Source of the DNA: Octopus vulgaris | Lineage: Eukaryota | Length of the DNA stretch: 64,000 bases | Direction of reading: 5' to 3' | Assembly: GCA_951406725.2 (NCBI GenBank) | Contig: OX597828.1 | Span: 31,000,001 to 31,064,000, forward strand | Part shown: one piece after another, positions 13,433 to 26,905 of the stretch | Layout of the letters: every line of letters begins with the position of its first letter | Numbering within the stretch: position 1 is the first letter of the stretch | Translations under genes and position numbers: made by a program | Notes under the pieces: generated by a model | The model's input: the letters and a program-made list of their open reading frames with translations, nothing else | Databases searched by the model: none | What the model was told of the DNA's origin: nothing

Positions 13433-13540
13433 ATATTTATATATCTGTCTGTCTCTACCTACATACATACATACATACCTGTCTACAAACCTACCTACCT
13501 CTATACCTGTCTATCTATCACTATATATATATATATATAT

Positions 13541-13943
13541 ACTCTTTTACTCTTTTACTTGTTTCAGTCATTTGACTGCGGCCATGCTGGATCACCGCCT
13601 TTAGTCGAGTAAATCGACCCCGGGACTTATTCTTTGTAAGCCCAGTACCTATTCTAACGGTCTCTTTTGCCGAACCGCTAGATTTCAGGGACGTAAACAC
13701 ACCAGCATCGGTTGTCAAGCAATGCTAGGGGGACAAATACAGACACACAGACACACACATACATATATATATACATATATACGACAGGCTTCTTTCAGTT
13801 TCCGTCTACCAAATCCACTCACAAGGCTTTGGTCGGCCTGATGCTATAGCAGAAGACACTTGCCCAAGGTGCCACGCAGTGGGACTGAACCCGGAAGCAT
13901 GTGGTTGGTAAGCAAGCTACTTATACACAGCCACTCCTGCGCC
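13541..13943 (-). mobile_element. SINE type A, full length
   Basis: The reverse complement runs from GGCGCAGGAGTGGCTGTG to CAAGTAAAAGAGTAAAAGAGT, with TA-rich flanks. Confidence 0.92.
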
Positions 13944-14000
13944 TATATATACATTATTATTATTATATGATTGAACGTCATGCATCCATTCCCAAATATG

Positions 14001-14101
<101 letters not shown>

Positions 14102-14111
14102 GTAAAGAGTG

Positions 14112-14149
<38 letters not shown>

Positions 14150-14431
14150 AGAGACCGAGGGAAAGAAAGAGATGGACGTATTATGTAAGTAAATGCGTAC
14201 CTAAGTAGGAATGTATGCATGTATGCATATATGTTTATATATATGTATGCATATATGTATAAAGGATTTTATAAACACAGGCATTTTTCGTGTAATATTT
14301 TACTCAAATGAATATGGTTGAATAATACTTTTTATCGTAAGATTCATTTTGCAGACATAGGCATTGATGTTATAAATCAGCTGTGATATTCACATACATT
14401 CCTTTATATATTTCTAATTATTTCTCAGATT

Positions 14432-14833
14432 GGAGGCGCAATGGCTCTGTGGTTAAGGTAGCGGTCGTAAAGTCGCGGTTTCGATTCCCAGACCGGGATT
14501 TGTGAGTGTTTATTGAGCGAAAATACCTAAAGCTCCACAAGGCTCAGGTAGTGGGGTGAATCCTGCTGTACTCCTCGAGGCCCCGGTAATGGGTTGTGGT
14601 GAACCCTGCTGTACAACTTTCTCTCACTTTTTCTTCCTGTTTCTGTTGTACCTTTATTTAAAAGGGGCCAGCCTTGTCGCACTCTGTGTTACGTTGAATC
14701 TTCCCCCGAGAACTACATTAAGGGTACAAGTGTTTGTGGAGAGCTCAGCCACTTGCACATTAATTTCACAAGCAGGCTGTTCTGTTTGATCGGATCAATT
14801 GGAACACTGGTCGTCGTAACCGACGGGGTGCCA
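14432..14833 (+). mobile_element. SINE type C with tail ending CGTCGTAACCGACGGGGTGCC
   Basis: Head GGAGGCGCAATGGCTCTGTGGTTAAGG with B box GGTTTCGATTCC. The tail is shared with 22693, 28851 and 39055. Confidence 0.88.
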
Positions 14834-15392
14834 CGATATATTCCAAATTTGTATCGCGTATATTATAAATTATTCGTCAGAATGATTGCTAAGTATTTCA
14901 ATATATGCTGTAACAATTTATGCACAATACACGTTTTCACTAGAGTAAGCTATTTGAATTGCCGTTCGTTTGTGTGCACACACATTTACGCTTTATTCGA
15001 TTACATTTTGTTAATATATCTCATTAGACCCGCAGGACATATCTTCGTATTATTAGATGTCTCCTTCCATACGCAAACAAAAAAATCTCTTTAGAAAGGG
15101 AGCCGTCATTTCTATTTCAGTTAATATTCTGATGGCACGCATACAAATATTTTACACATTACACATATATGCGTGCATGTATCTATGAGGAATATTCTTA
15201 CACCATGGAACTCCGCATATTTTATCCTGTTTGTGGGGGTTCCTATTATTTTGCTGCAAATGAAAGATAGATCCAAGACTTTTGAGTGTGCGATTTGCAT
15301 TGGCCAAATCTTGGCAATGAGATCGTCTCCTGAGCAACTTTTTTGGCGAGTTTACCGAGAAGCATAAAAGAAACCCTTTAACGAGATCTCAG

Positions 15393-15411
15393 CAGAGAGA
15401 GACAGAGCCAC

Positions 15412-15442
<31 letters not shown>

Positions 15443-15500
15443 GAGACAGAGAGAGAGAGAGAGACAGAGAGAGAGAGACAGAGAGAGACAGAGAGCGAGA
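15393..15500. repeat. (GA)n/(GACA) microsatellite
   Basis: Seen directly. Confidence 0.95.
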
Positions 15501-17500
15501 TACACATACACATATGCATGCAGAGAGAGAGATGGTGGTACATATAGAAAAGGAGGACAGGAGGTGATAAAGAGATAGGGAATTGCTAGATTCCTAATCC
15601 TGCGATTAGTATCACATCTGCCGTATTATTAATCAACAGTAGCTTACTCGTTCTTTACAAAAGTCAACCAGCCTAAACACCTTGCCGCAAATCTCAGTCT
15701 ATCAAAATTTGTAACATAAGATACACATTCACCTAACTCAAAGAAAAAAATCTCGTCAGTGTAATTCATGTTATATATTGGTTGTGCACGCATGAAATTT
15801 TAAAGTGATTTGTACAACTGCTTGTATACATGAAAATATACGTTCATATACATAGAATCAGTATGGTGGTTGTACGATTTTAAGTTAGTGTGTGCTTCTC
15901 AATATTGGTGAATATGTGTTACTGTGTGTTCGTGTGGTGTTGTTTAATATATATTCTGCCTTTCATACTCTGTTCTGGACAGGTCATTGGATTTCATTCA
16001 TTGTCTACTCACAATTGTCGTTATTCTTTTTATTTCTGCGTATGTATCTTAACAACAACTATGGTGTTGTGTATTGAACTTATATATATATATTGTTAAA
16101 TTATTTCGCATAATATCTTCTATTATATTTTGTAAAGCTATTTGAAAACATTGTTTGCGCGTCTTTATCTAAGTTAATGCGTGCTATTATGTGTGGCAAC
16201 TTAAACCTTCATAAAATAATAATTTAATAATTTGCATTAGATTATGGTGTATTATTCGATTGATACTGTTATTTGAGGCGAGATCATATTGTATATTGTC
16301 TGTTCTCTGTCGTATCCAATTGTGGTAGACAACCTAGAATTTCATTAGCCGCTAAATAACCTAGATCACGTAGTAAGTAGGGTGTACTTCTTAGATGTCC
16401 TATGTTAATATGTTGGAATATAATCATGAATACATTTTCTTCACTAATGCTTATGTATAACAATAAGCGTTGATTATCCATATAATATATACATTTGTAT
16501 GAATCAAGTGATAAGAGGTAGAGAATGTGCTATAGTGAGCGGAAATTCGTTACAAGGCCATCGGTCAGCTGGCCAAATCTTCACAGGAACATCTACCGCT
16601 ATATAAATATTTTGGGTGGTTAGTTCCCGAAATTGTAAAGGATCCGCACCCAACTATGTAGTGTTTATCTGGTATCTTCCTGTTGTTGCTTAAGTGTTAA
16701 CGTCAGTGGGAGGTGGTCTGCGAAAATTTGGGCATGTTCTTTGCTTGGTCCCATAGACAAGCGCATGTACTTGTATTGCTTCAAACTCGTTTTATTTTAT
16801 TCCAATATTTAGCGGCTTGTGCATATAAAAATTTCTACTGTACATATAAAAATGTAACTATTATTATAGACAGGAAAAATCTTTTAGAGTACACTTCTCG
16901 AGGCAGAAACTCCGGCCACCATAACGAAATATGTTGACATAGATTTTGCCGATAACCCTTACACGAGAGGGTTCTACATTTTTTTTACCCACGAGTATTG
17001 TAATATTTGATTAAACTCCACCGCCATGCTACAAATACTTCACTCGCAATTAACATGTCATGTATTATTTACTAGCGTCAATTATCTTTAACCACACTCT
17101 TAGATATATTAATTTTTTTTTCAGCACTAGAATTTAAGCGCGCTAGGATGGAAATTTCGAAATTCTGTTATGTTCTGAACGAACCCGACCGAATTCCGGC
17201 ATATCATTGCTCGTTTAGAGTGTCAGCGATAGTAATTATAAAAAAAAAAACGAAACACTGCAACCCAAACTATGTTCCCATTGCATAAATTTTCAAGGCA
17301 TGGGTGTGTGTGTGTGTCTTGAAGATATTTGCTTCCCAAACAGCTGGTCACGGGCTTCGTTGCGGAAACGTGAGACAATAGATGTTCCGTTTAAATGTTA
17401 TGTTACATTGACACATTATTGCTTTCGCAAGCCAAAATTCGACAACGGAAGCAAAGAATTAGAATGATACAATGGTACACGCAATTCACTCTGAGAATAA

Positions 17501-17672
17501 AGTACTATATTTAAGAGATGAGGAATTATATGCAATAGTTACATTATTTACAACTTGTCCTCATCTTCTTTGTTGTAAGCACAACTTTTCGGCAGATATA
17601 CCTTCCAGCCATCATCAGGTGTCTTGAGAAAGTTTTGAACCTGGGTTCTTATTCTTAAGGTAATTTTCGATA
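17501..17672 (-). mobile_element. Penelope-like pLTR-type non-coding fragment next to (TAA)n
   Basis: Contains a minimal hammerhead-like motif (17579-17623) and has no coding capacity. PLE terminal repeats are known to carry such motifs. Confidence 0.6.
17579..17623 (-). ncRNA. Degenerate minimal type-I hammerhead ribozyme motif
   Basis: Minus strand reads CAC-CTGATGA-T-GGCTG-GAAGGTATAT-CTGCC-GAAA-A-GTT-GTG. The core is canonical and stems I and II are present, with a mismatch in stem II and at position 15.2. Confidence 0.6.
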
Positions 17673-17690
17673 TTGTTATTGTTGTTGTTG

Positions 17691-17745
<55 letters not shown>

Positions 17746-17773
17746 CATCATCATCATCATTATCATTATTATT
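17673..17773. repeat. (TTG)/(TTA)n/(TCA)n compound microsatellite
   Basis: Seen directly. Confidence 0.95.
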
Positions 17774-19988
17774 TGGAATCGAACTCTGAGAATGTCGGTT
17801 TCATAATATTCGTGCAGACTTCTAAGACTCTAATGGAGATTATCGGGTGTATCTGTAGCAAAGTATTCTCAGTATTTAGTTAACATATCACCGTCTAAAG
17901 AGAAGATGTCTGCGAATTACATAAGTCCATTGATAATAACGGCATACAAAACCATCCGCATGGAGTGAAGCCTCAATGAAATCATTGCCTGTCCATGCAG
18001 CATCCAGGGTAGATAACGAATTATAAGAGACTACCTATTTTTTTAGAAATTATTCGTATCTTAGGAATAACTGTTGAGCCTTATCTGTTGCATATACCAT
18101 CCTCTACAAATGATAATCGCAACATTTATGAAAGCGTCTCATAGATAAAATACAAAACTAGGGACCAATTATATAGCATCTAGTATCTAGATGCGCATCA
18201 TATAGGAAAGAAGTCGAACGTGGTGTAGGTAAGCTAAGAGAGGTACATTGTTGATTCTCGAAATGGAAATTGATCAGCATCTATACAAAAACCTTGAAAT
18301 ATATGAAAGAGCGTTAAGCAGAAATGAAATAGAAATATTGTGTACTCAAGTGCAGCATTGAGCACTTCAACGAGTTGCTGAAACATACCGTATAAAGGAG
18401 GATATACATGGCCTCCATTGAAGAAATGGAACTGTGCACAGCTGGGAACATGAAAGGATTAAATATATAAGGCAAAATGATAATGCCAACGAATCCATTA
18501 TCCACATTCATATCTATAGCTTGAATCACAAATTAAATCCACCGCTTTAGGGGTGTAATAATAACAAAAATATAAAATATACCAACAGCAAAAATGGACG
18601 CAACATGATATTGATTTTGATAATCGATTACCGCAACAAACCAATCCACGCATGAAAATTATACAGACATTTACCCACATTTAGATGCATGCATATACAT
18701 AAAAAAAAAGCTTTCTGTACATACAACTTTACCACTAGCGATATGCAGGACTTCAAACACCAAAAAGTAAACAGTAAAGGGAACTGTTTGAAAGGTTTCG
18801 ATATCCGTAATAAAATACTTTAGCAAAACGCCTAATAAAGAAATAAAATACATGTACCAATGCGATACCGAGGCGAGCTGGCAAAGGAATAAATCACCAG
18901 CTATGAACAAATGTATATATTTGGTTGCAATGCAAATGTTAGCTGTGTAAGGTATTCTAACTTTTTTTTATGGGCATTCATTTTATTGTGTTAGCACAAT
19001 GAAAATAGCGAATCAGTTCCACAAAACGCAACGTTTTACACGAAGATAGACAAAAGTTATTAAATACACACAAATATACAGATGCTGAAAAAACGATTAA
19101 ACTGAGCTTAATCAAGTGTCATGATCATATTTCATGAATTCGAACATCTGATTCATTATGTCTGTGATTACTGAAATTGTATGAACGATAGAAAAATCAG
19201 AGACCGTGCAAAATTACACTGTTAAATGAAACCCTATTTGAATGTAAATGTGATTTGCCCTGTTGTTTAATGTGATTGTATTAAATTTAGATAGCAGGCA
19301 TTCATTTCATGGCGATCATTTTGTTTTCCTTTTTGTTGCGTGTTTTCAGATATGCTTTATATAAAATACACTATGTAATATATGTTGCAATTTCTCTGAC
19401 GAAATGTGAAACACAGGAGGAAATTTAACTACTTTTCCAACCAAGTGGAAAGGCTGCTTAACGTAGCTACTTCGTACATGTTACCCTATGGAAATAATTA
19501 TAAATTTTACACATAGACACTTGCATGAATAAGTGCACATAAAGTGGAGGGTAGTGGGCATAATAGAATTACACATGACATATCCATCATTCTACAAGTG
19601 ACTATTTCAGTAAATAAGTTTTATATAATTGATTTTTTGTAATTGGTTTGCAAGATTCTTTGTTTAGTATCCAGTGTTATTAAGTAAACTTATGTGTTAC
19701 TATGATTTAAAAATACTATAATTTAAATAATGGGAAATTTATGAAAACGGTTAACTTGGGATGTCGTTCTTATATTTGGTAGCATAATATTACTTTGAAC
19801 ATTTGAAGAACTCTGACCAACCAAAGTTAATGTTAATGTAACCCCAAGATATTATAATAAATAAAAGGAAATTTAGTTATTTCCGTAACTTGAAATTGTT
19901 TCGACTAGTACTTTCCAAGAAAGCCTTGGGATAAAAATCCATTTATGCTTACTGGGAGACAACGTAAAGGCAGTGTGGGCGCTAGCAT

Positions 19989-20151
19989 TTGTGTGTCTGT
20001 GTTCGTCGCCCCACCATCACTTTACAACCGACGATGTTGGTGTGTTTACGTCTCTGTAATCTAGCTGTTCGGCAAAAAATAAAAATAAAAACAACCGATA
20101 GAATAAGTACTACGATTACAAAGATTAAATCCTGGGGTTGATTTGTTCGAC
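19989..20151 (+). mobile_element. SINE type A 3'-half fragment
   Basis: ACAACCGA...GGTGTGTTTACGTC...CCGATAGAATAAGTACTA...CCTGGGGTTGATTTGTTCGAC matches 33840-33982. Confidence 0.75.
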
Positions 20152-20787
20152 GGATGTAGCAAATAAACGGATTTTGCTGAATTAAAATTTCACATCCACA
20201 GAAGTGGAAACAACTTTCAAAAGGACTTATTCCGTCTGAATAAGCGGAGAATGAATTAGAAAATTTTAATTCATTAATTCACTGGATCAGTGTAAGTCTT
20301 ATCATTAGCGGTAAGATGACAAAATTCGGGCATGCATTATATTGGACTGCCAAAAGATCTCACAAATCGATCGAAGCATGGGAATTACAATGGAACATTC
20401 TTTCCTTATATGTAATAATATTCATTAAAAGACTTGCTACCATGTGTGTCATACTCATCATTACCGTCATTATATTTAACGAGATTGATATGACGAAAGC
20501 CTCTACATTTACCACAAATTTAATCAAAATTATTGATAACTTTCCATGCAGCTGAATGCATTTCATATTATTGAATGTTTTATGAAAACTGACTAAGTTG
20601 GCTATTTATCATATTTATTGAATCATTCCAACGGATAATTTTTGAAACCCATAATGAAATTGTGTACTGATGTGAAATTTGTACGGAACTGCTTAGATTG
20701 AAATGTTAAATACAGTTGATATTCAGGAAATAAATTTATTATATATGTGATCTTTATGTGTATCTAAAGAAAAAAAAACTATATGTA

Positions 20788-21353
20788 TTGGGTTGTCCAG
20801 AAAGTTCGTGCCGATTTTTAAAGGAAAGAAAAAGGTCAATAAATACTCGTCCCTTTCATTTTAATCAACCAAATATGAACCATTTTGCTACGCAATGCGT
20901 CTCCATCTTTCCTTTAACTTGAAAATACCCTCTTCCCAGAAATCAGGTGGTTCTATGGCAAAGAATTCATCAATGTATCTTTCTACGTCATCTAAGGAAT
21001 CGAAATTTTTACCATTAAGACTATTCTGCAGAGACCTGAAGAAGTGGAAATCCGAACGAGCAATATCTGGTGAATATGGAGGGTGGGGTAACACATTCCA
21101 GTCGAGCTGCAGCAATTTTTGTCTGGCTCCCAAAGCATCAAGCGCCGAAAATGAAATTTCTTATCTTCCATTTCACAGGGTTACAGAATTAACACAGGTT
21201 ATAGGAACATAAACCGTCTTCCAAGAAAAGACAGTTTAAACTGTGCTCTACATGGACGTGTAGTCAAATCCTATTTTATGGACCCACCCATCTTCTAAAA
21301 TAAGTCGAAAGTTAAGCTACTATAAATCGGCGCGAACTTTCCGGACAACCTAA
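20788..21353 (-). mobile_element. Mariner deletion derivative (566 bp, MITE-like)
   Basis: 30-bp TIRs TTGGGTTGTCCAGAAAGTTCGTGCCGATTT (3 mismatches) with TA flanks. N-terminal MEDKKFHFRRLMLWE (ATG at 21171) is fused out of frame to C-terminal LPHPPYSPDIARSDFHFFRSLQNSL. Confidence 0.93.
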
Positions 21354-21397
21354 TATATAAATGTTTCGGGATGTATGAAAAATAATTCAGTAAAATA

Positions 21398-21757
21398 ATG
21401 TTGAACAGTTCAGCTCTTTATCGTAAAAGAGGTTCGTTGCAGCTACCAATAGCATCAATAGTCGAAATATATAAACTGGGGAAGATACGGACGGTCATGA
21501 TGCTGAGAGAATCGAAGGATATGGAAATCAGGCGTAACCCACCAGAGGTGAAAACAGCCAGGAAGTGAAAAGCAGAAGCAGAAACTGACAACATCTTGTC
21601 TTCTCTTATTCACAGAGATATGGTAGGTGCAACGCAGAACCATCGGAAAGGACTTGGTTTGGCACAAATCAGTTCAGACCGTGCAAGCATGATACGGAGT
21701 GAACGCAGATCTCTTGTTAGCAACAGCGCCAAAACAAGAGAAGCAGAGAAAGAGAGG
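21398..21757 (+). mobile_element. HERO-clade (R2/NeSL-group, RLE) non-LTR retrotransposon fragment
   Basis: One frame reads MLNSSALYRKRGSLQLPIASIVEIYKLGKIRTVMMLRESKD...VKTARK*KAEAE...HRDMVGATQNHRKGLG. This fits the HERO post-RT pattern ALY...LQLP...D..V...VRTGRKW.A...H..LVG......GLG, with W changed to a stop at 21566. Confidence 0.8.
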
Positions 21758-21790
<33 letters not shown>

Positions 21791-22692
21791 ATAAATATAT
21801 GTGTGTGTGTGTGTGTATAAATATATATGTGTGTGTGTGTGTGTATAAATATATATGTATGTATGTATGTATGTATAAATATATAGGCATGACACCCGGT
21901 CACACAAGCACACAAAGGTTCCTGCTTAGACATATATGTATGGATATACACAAAGTCAGTCCTTTATACGTGTAACAGAGGAAGTTTACATACAGTGAAA
22001 TACAGTATTAATATCAATAGCATTATACGTTCGGTTTGAACAATAATATAGTCAGTATATACATAGTAATTGAATAAACAGTTAATAGCATTTAATAATT
22101 CACTACAGTCTCATCTACATATATTCCCTGAACATACAGTGAGGATCTGTTTATCATTCAGTAAAACGTCGTTTTGTGACAATCATAAGCACAGGAGTAG
22201 AAGTGTATACTATGAAGTGCAATATCAAGTTCAACCAATAGAGTTGGTCGGGAAAGTAACTTCATAGTACATATCCATAACATTTATATCAGAGCGTTTC
22301 CATTGAAAAGAGATTTGGTTGGATGCCTATTATTCTAGGTAATCCGTAATTAATTAATTGTCCTCATTACATTGTGAAAATCTACATTTTCTATCAGCGA
22401 TTTATTATCATTTCTGAAAATTTATTTATAATCCCTTCATTGCTGAAAAATATGCATACAAATTCCTCTGTGCATAGTCTACCATTTCTGTTTTTCACAT
22501 CTGTTACATAATCGACGGACAATAAAGAATTCTTGAAGCAGATCCACTGGAACTTATATCTATAATGTTGGGGGCAGTGAACGTGTTTGAAAACATATAC
22601 TAATAGGCACGCACACACACACACACGCGCACATATGCGCACATACATATACATACATACATACACACAGACACCCGTAAATATACGGCACT

Positions 22693-22965
22693 GGCATTCC
22701 TTCGGTTACGACGAAGCTTCCTGTTGATGCAATCAAGGGAACAGTCTGCTCGTGGAATTAACGTACAAGAGGCTGAGAATCACACATACGCGCGCTCCCT
22801 TTAACGAATGCGACAAGGATGGCCCTTTCAATTATTGCCAACTGCGTGGACTGGCGGGATATGAAATAAAGTGTCTTACTCAAGGACACAACGCGCTACC
22901 GGTTTTTGAACTCACAACCTTACGATTGTGAGATGAATACATTTACCACTAAGCCACGCGTCTCT
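22693..22965 (-). mobile_element. Degenerate SINE type D (CORE-like) with CGTAACCGA tail
   Basis: Reverse complement has head CGCGTGGCTTAGTGGTAAA and CORE-like TTGTGTCCTTGAGTAAGACACTTTATTTCA. Its tail matches the 14432 copy. Confidence 0.75.
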
Positions 22966-24386
22966 CCAGACAACTATATATGTATATATATATATATATA
23001 TTTTATATATATATATATATATATGTACGTATTTTTAATGTCTATGTGTATATATGTGTGCGCGTGTGTCTGTGTGTATATGTGTGTGCGCGTGTGTCTG
23101 TGTGTATATGTGTGCATATGCATGTAGGTATTGTGCCGTCCTTACTATCATAGTCTAGCTTTAACTCTTTGATTCTATATACTCGCATGTTATATGCAAT
23201 ATCAGTGTTGGCTCTGAGGTCTTTGACGATCGCATTTAAAACGCTTAATGTTATTTACTAAGGTCTGCACCATTATTTTGATAAGAGTTCACACGTATAA
23301 CTGTCCTTTTTCTATTTAGATGTGACATAAAAAGAATATTGTGGGATTGATCGCGATACAAGTAATGTATATTTATACTTTATATAACAAGTGTACATTT
23401 GGAAATAATCAATGCAATGCAGCTTAAGATCACTTTTACGGCAATGAAAGTCATCTTAAATGTTGAACATTTCTGTACAACTTAAATCATATATGCCTGA
23501 TTGGGAATGTATGATTCTGTGAAATATAACTTAAGATTATAGCTACTGTGATGTACGATATCTTAAACATATTATTCCCCAAGCGTTGTTCAGAACAATG
23601 TGCGTAACTGTGTTCATACTTGCAGAAATATATTTCCAGAAAATTAGGTAGAAGAGTGGCAGAAAAGATAGAGGTTAGTTTGCCACATGCTTTTATATTC
23701 TCGCATCAAACAGTGTTGAGATTCATATTGCATTTCACCCCGATATGTGTCACTAAATTAAAAAGCATCAATAAATTCGGATCGATGAAACCAACCATAT
23801 CACCTTCCCTTTCCAGTTTGTGAACTTGTACGAAGATGAGAACTGGATATAAATCCAGAAGAGCTCATGTTTAAATGTTATATCGTATTTCAGTTTGTTG
23901 ATTCATAAATTCGTGTATAATACCAGTAAATTCAAATTCAATTTACAGTTCAGGCTGATACCATAAGTCTGATCAATATATTGATATCCTATCAATTTAG
24001 ACAGCAGTTCCATGATAGATTTATAGCTTAATGTAAATTATATTTCAATAAATATATTCCACTACATGTAACGAAAACAATATTTTAAAAGTGAAATATG
24101 AGGTATAACTTGTAGATTTATATCGCAATTAGTGATGGATCTAATGAAATAGATATGGGATAAGAGAATAAAATCCCTTCAAATATAATGTATATGCATA
24201 CAAACATACATATATTCATACACACAAGCACGCGCGTGCATATACGCACAAGCACTGGCACACATATATTTGGGTATACAAACATACATACATATATTTA
24301 TACATATATATATATGTATATATATACTTACATATATGTGTGTGTGCGGATGTGTTTGTGTGTATGTGTGAATATATATATATATG

Positions 24387-24454
<68 letters not shown>

Positions 24455-24460
<6 letters not shown>

Positions 24461-24868
24461 ATTTAGGAATGGTCATTTTGCCAGTTTAGCCAATAAAAAC
24501 ACACGCACTATATATTTGGTGTTACTTGGCTTCAGTGTTATTTATTTTTTACATTAATCTTAATCTTATTTCGGCCAGAGTTCTTTCGTCACACTCCTGT
24601 GACCGCATCAGTGGTCCTTTGTTTTCTTCTTACTTATTTGTGTCTCTCCTTACTAACCGTCAGCCATTTTGTATTTCTATTGTATGTCTTCATTTGCGCA
24701 TGCTTATATCTCTATGTGCGTTTATGTTTATTTAGTGTGTGTATGTGGGGGATGCTTGTAATATTTGTATCTTCTGTTTATATATGTTCATGTAATTTGT
24801 AATTTTATATGTTCATGTAATTTGTTCATGTAATTTGTATTTTGTATTTTTTTTTGTTTTTTGTTTTG
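24455..24868 (-). repeat. Left arm of long inverted repeat (non-coding, PLE-like element)
   Basis: Reverse complement of 24992-25024 plus 25243-25612, with only a handful of mismatches. Confidence 0.92.
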
Positions 24869-24871
24869 TAA

Positions 24872-24928
<57 letters not shown>

Positions 24929-24991
24929 TATGTATGTATGCTTGTATACCCAAATATATGTGTGCCAGTGCCTGTGCGTATATACAAAAAG

Positions 24992-25666
24992 CAAAACAAA
25001 AAACAAAAAAAAATGCAAAATACATATTTCTTTATTACCCACAAGGGGCTAAACACAGAGCGGACAAACAAGGACAGACATAGGTATTAAGTCGATTACA
25101 TCGACCCCAGTGCGTAATTGGTACTTAATTCATCGACCCCGAAAGGATGAACGGCAAAGTCGACCTCGGCGGAATTTGAACTCACAACGTAACGCAGACG
25201 AAATACCGCTAGGCATTTCGCCCGGCGTGCTAACGTTTCTGCCAAATTACATGAATATATAAACTTACAAATTACATGAACATATATAAACAGAAGATAC
25301 AAATATTACAAGCATCCCCCACATACACACACTAAATAAACATAAACGCACTGAGGGATATAAGCATGCGCAAATGAAGACATACAATAGAAATACAAAA
25401 TGGCTGACGGTTAGTAAGGAGAGACACAAATAAGTAAGAAGAAAACAAAGGACCACTGATGCGGTCACAGGAGTGTGACGAAAGAACTCTGGCCGAAATA
25501 AGATTAAGATCAATGTAAAAAATAAATAACACTAAAGCAAAGTAACACCAAATATATAGTGCGTGTGTTTTTATTGGCTAAACTGGCAAAATGACCATTC
25601 CTAAATACAACAATATCTCTTTCCACACACGACTTCACATAAAAAAATCTTGCACGATATTTAAAC

Positions 25667-25667
<1 letters not shown>
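24992..25667 (+). mobile_element. Right arm of inverted repeat; putative PLE-like pLTR element interrupted by a SINE
   Basis: Matches the left arm up to 25612 and continues about 55 nt to (TA)n. Contains CTGATG-CGGTCA...TGGCCG-AAAT (25456-25499). The PLE assignment is inference. Confidence 0.6.
25026..25243 (-). mobile_element. Young SINE type B monomer
   Basis: Reverse complement runs GGCAGAAACGTTAGCACGCCGGGCGAAATG...CCCCTTGTGGGTAATAAAGAAAT. CpGs are intact, and it is absent from the left arm of the inverted repeat. Confidence 0.92.
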
Positions 25668-25705
<38 letters not shown>

Positions 25706-25882
25706 GTCGTACAAATAAATCTAATTCAAATATATCTCTGTGTCTTAACTTCACTGGGATCTGATAAACAGTGAACTGCAAAGCGCGACAGATTCACGCT
25801 TCTTTAGCGCTACGTACGATGTATGTGGCTATTTAAAAATGTCACACCAAAGAGACGCCTTGGACAAAACAATAGCTATACA

Positions 25883-25924
<42 letters not shown>

Positions 25925-26364
25925 AAGTTACGTTACAGATCCTCGTATATGCCTGATTTAAAGTTAAGTTTAAATTAAATTATGTTAACGGTTTACCTGT
26001 ACAAGAAGATGAATATGCATCTCCTCAAGGGGATACCCAGTTGCTGTCTACGTAAATAAATCTAAATTTCCATGCTACATGAACGGTATTGTTAAGAAAT
26101 GAATTGTTACCTGATCTGAATATTTTTATGTAAATAATTTCTTGACTCATCACAGAGGATACACAAAGCCACAAGCCTTTTCTTATCATTGTCAAAGACT
26201 CTAAAACAAACGTGATTTGAATACAAATTCGTAAACTAAGTTTTGATGCAAGAGAGAATATTCAAAATCCTCACTATTTACTATAGAAAAATCTTTAATT
26301 TAATAAAGACCCCTGTATTTTCAGATTATTTTTCCTTTTGAGGAAAAGAATCCCATATTCCTTT

Positions 26365-26905
26365 CCTTCAGGTGAGGCACTCATGGCATCGAACAACATC
26401 AGACACTCGGTAGTAATCGTGGACAACAACATCAGCTGAGCTGCTCATATAAACAGCAAAGGTAACATGGCCCGAAGAATGTGTTCCTCGATTCTTAGAA
26501 CTTACCAGTTGAGAGAAATCCACACCAGTATCCTTCCCTTCTCCACTTTTGCCCGACTCAACTTTGAATACTGTTGTCCACTGTGGCCTCCTCACACGAA
26601 ACAAAGTATCATCGAAGCTGAAGCACTCAAAGCTCAATTAAAAAAAAGACAGATGTCATGAGCGGCCTTGACTATTGTGATCGACTAGAAAAGCTGAAGC
26701 TTTATTCTATTTAACGCCACCGTGAGCACTGCATCATCTGCCTGATGGTGAAAATATCGCACCAGCATTACTCAAGTGATGGTTGCATTGCCTTTACGAT
26801 ACACCCAAGACATGAGCCCCGTACTATCCGCCCACAACAAAAATCATATTCGCATCACATAACAATATAGCACAGTTATTTTACCTCCATTGACACCGCT
26901 TTATT
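26365..26905 (+). mobile_element. CR1-clade LINE ORF2 C-terminal fragment
   Basis: Translation VIVDNNIS*AAHINSK..MARRMCSSILRTY...FARLNFEYCCPLWPPH...SGLDYCDRLEKLKLYSI*RHRE fits the CR1 motifs RP.LEYC..LWSP and L.Y.ERL..L.LYSL.RRR. Confidence 0.85.

Noticed and set aside
24455-25612. Inverted repeat as the TIRs of a MITE or foldback DNA transposon
   Set aside because: The ends are asymmetric (the right arm continues about 55 nt further), no TSD can be defined, and the spacer derives from local flank.
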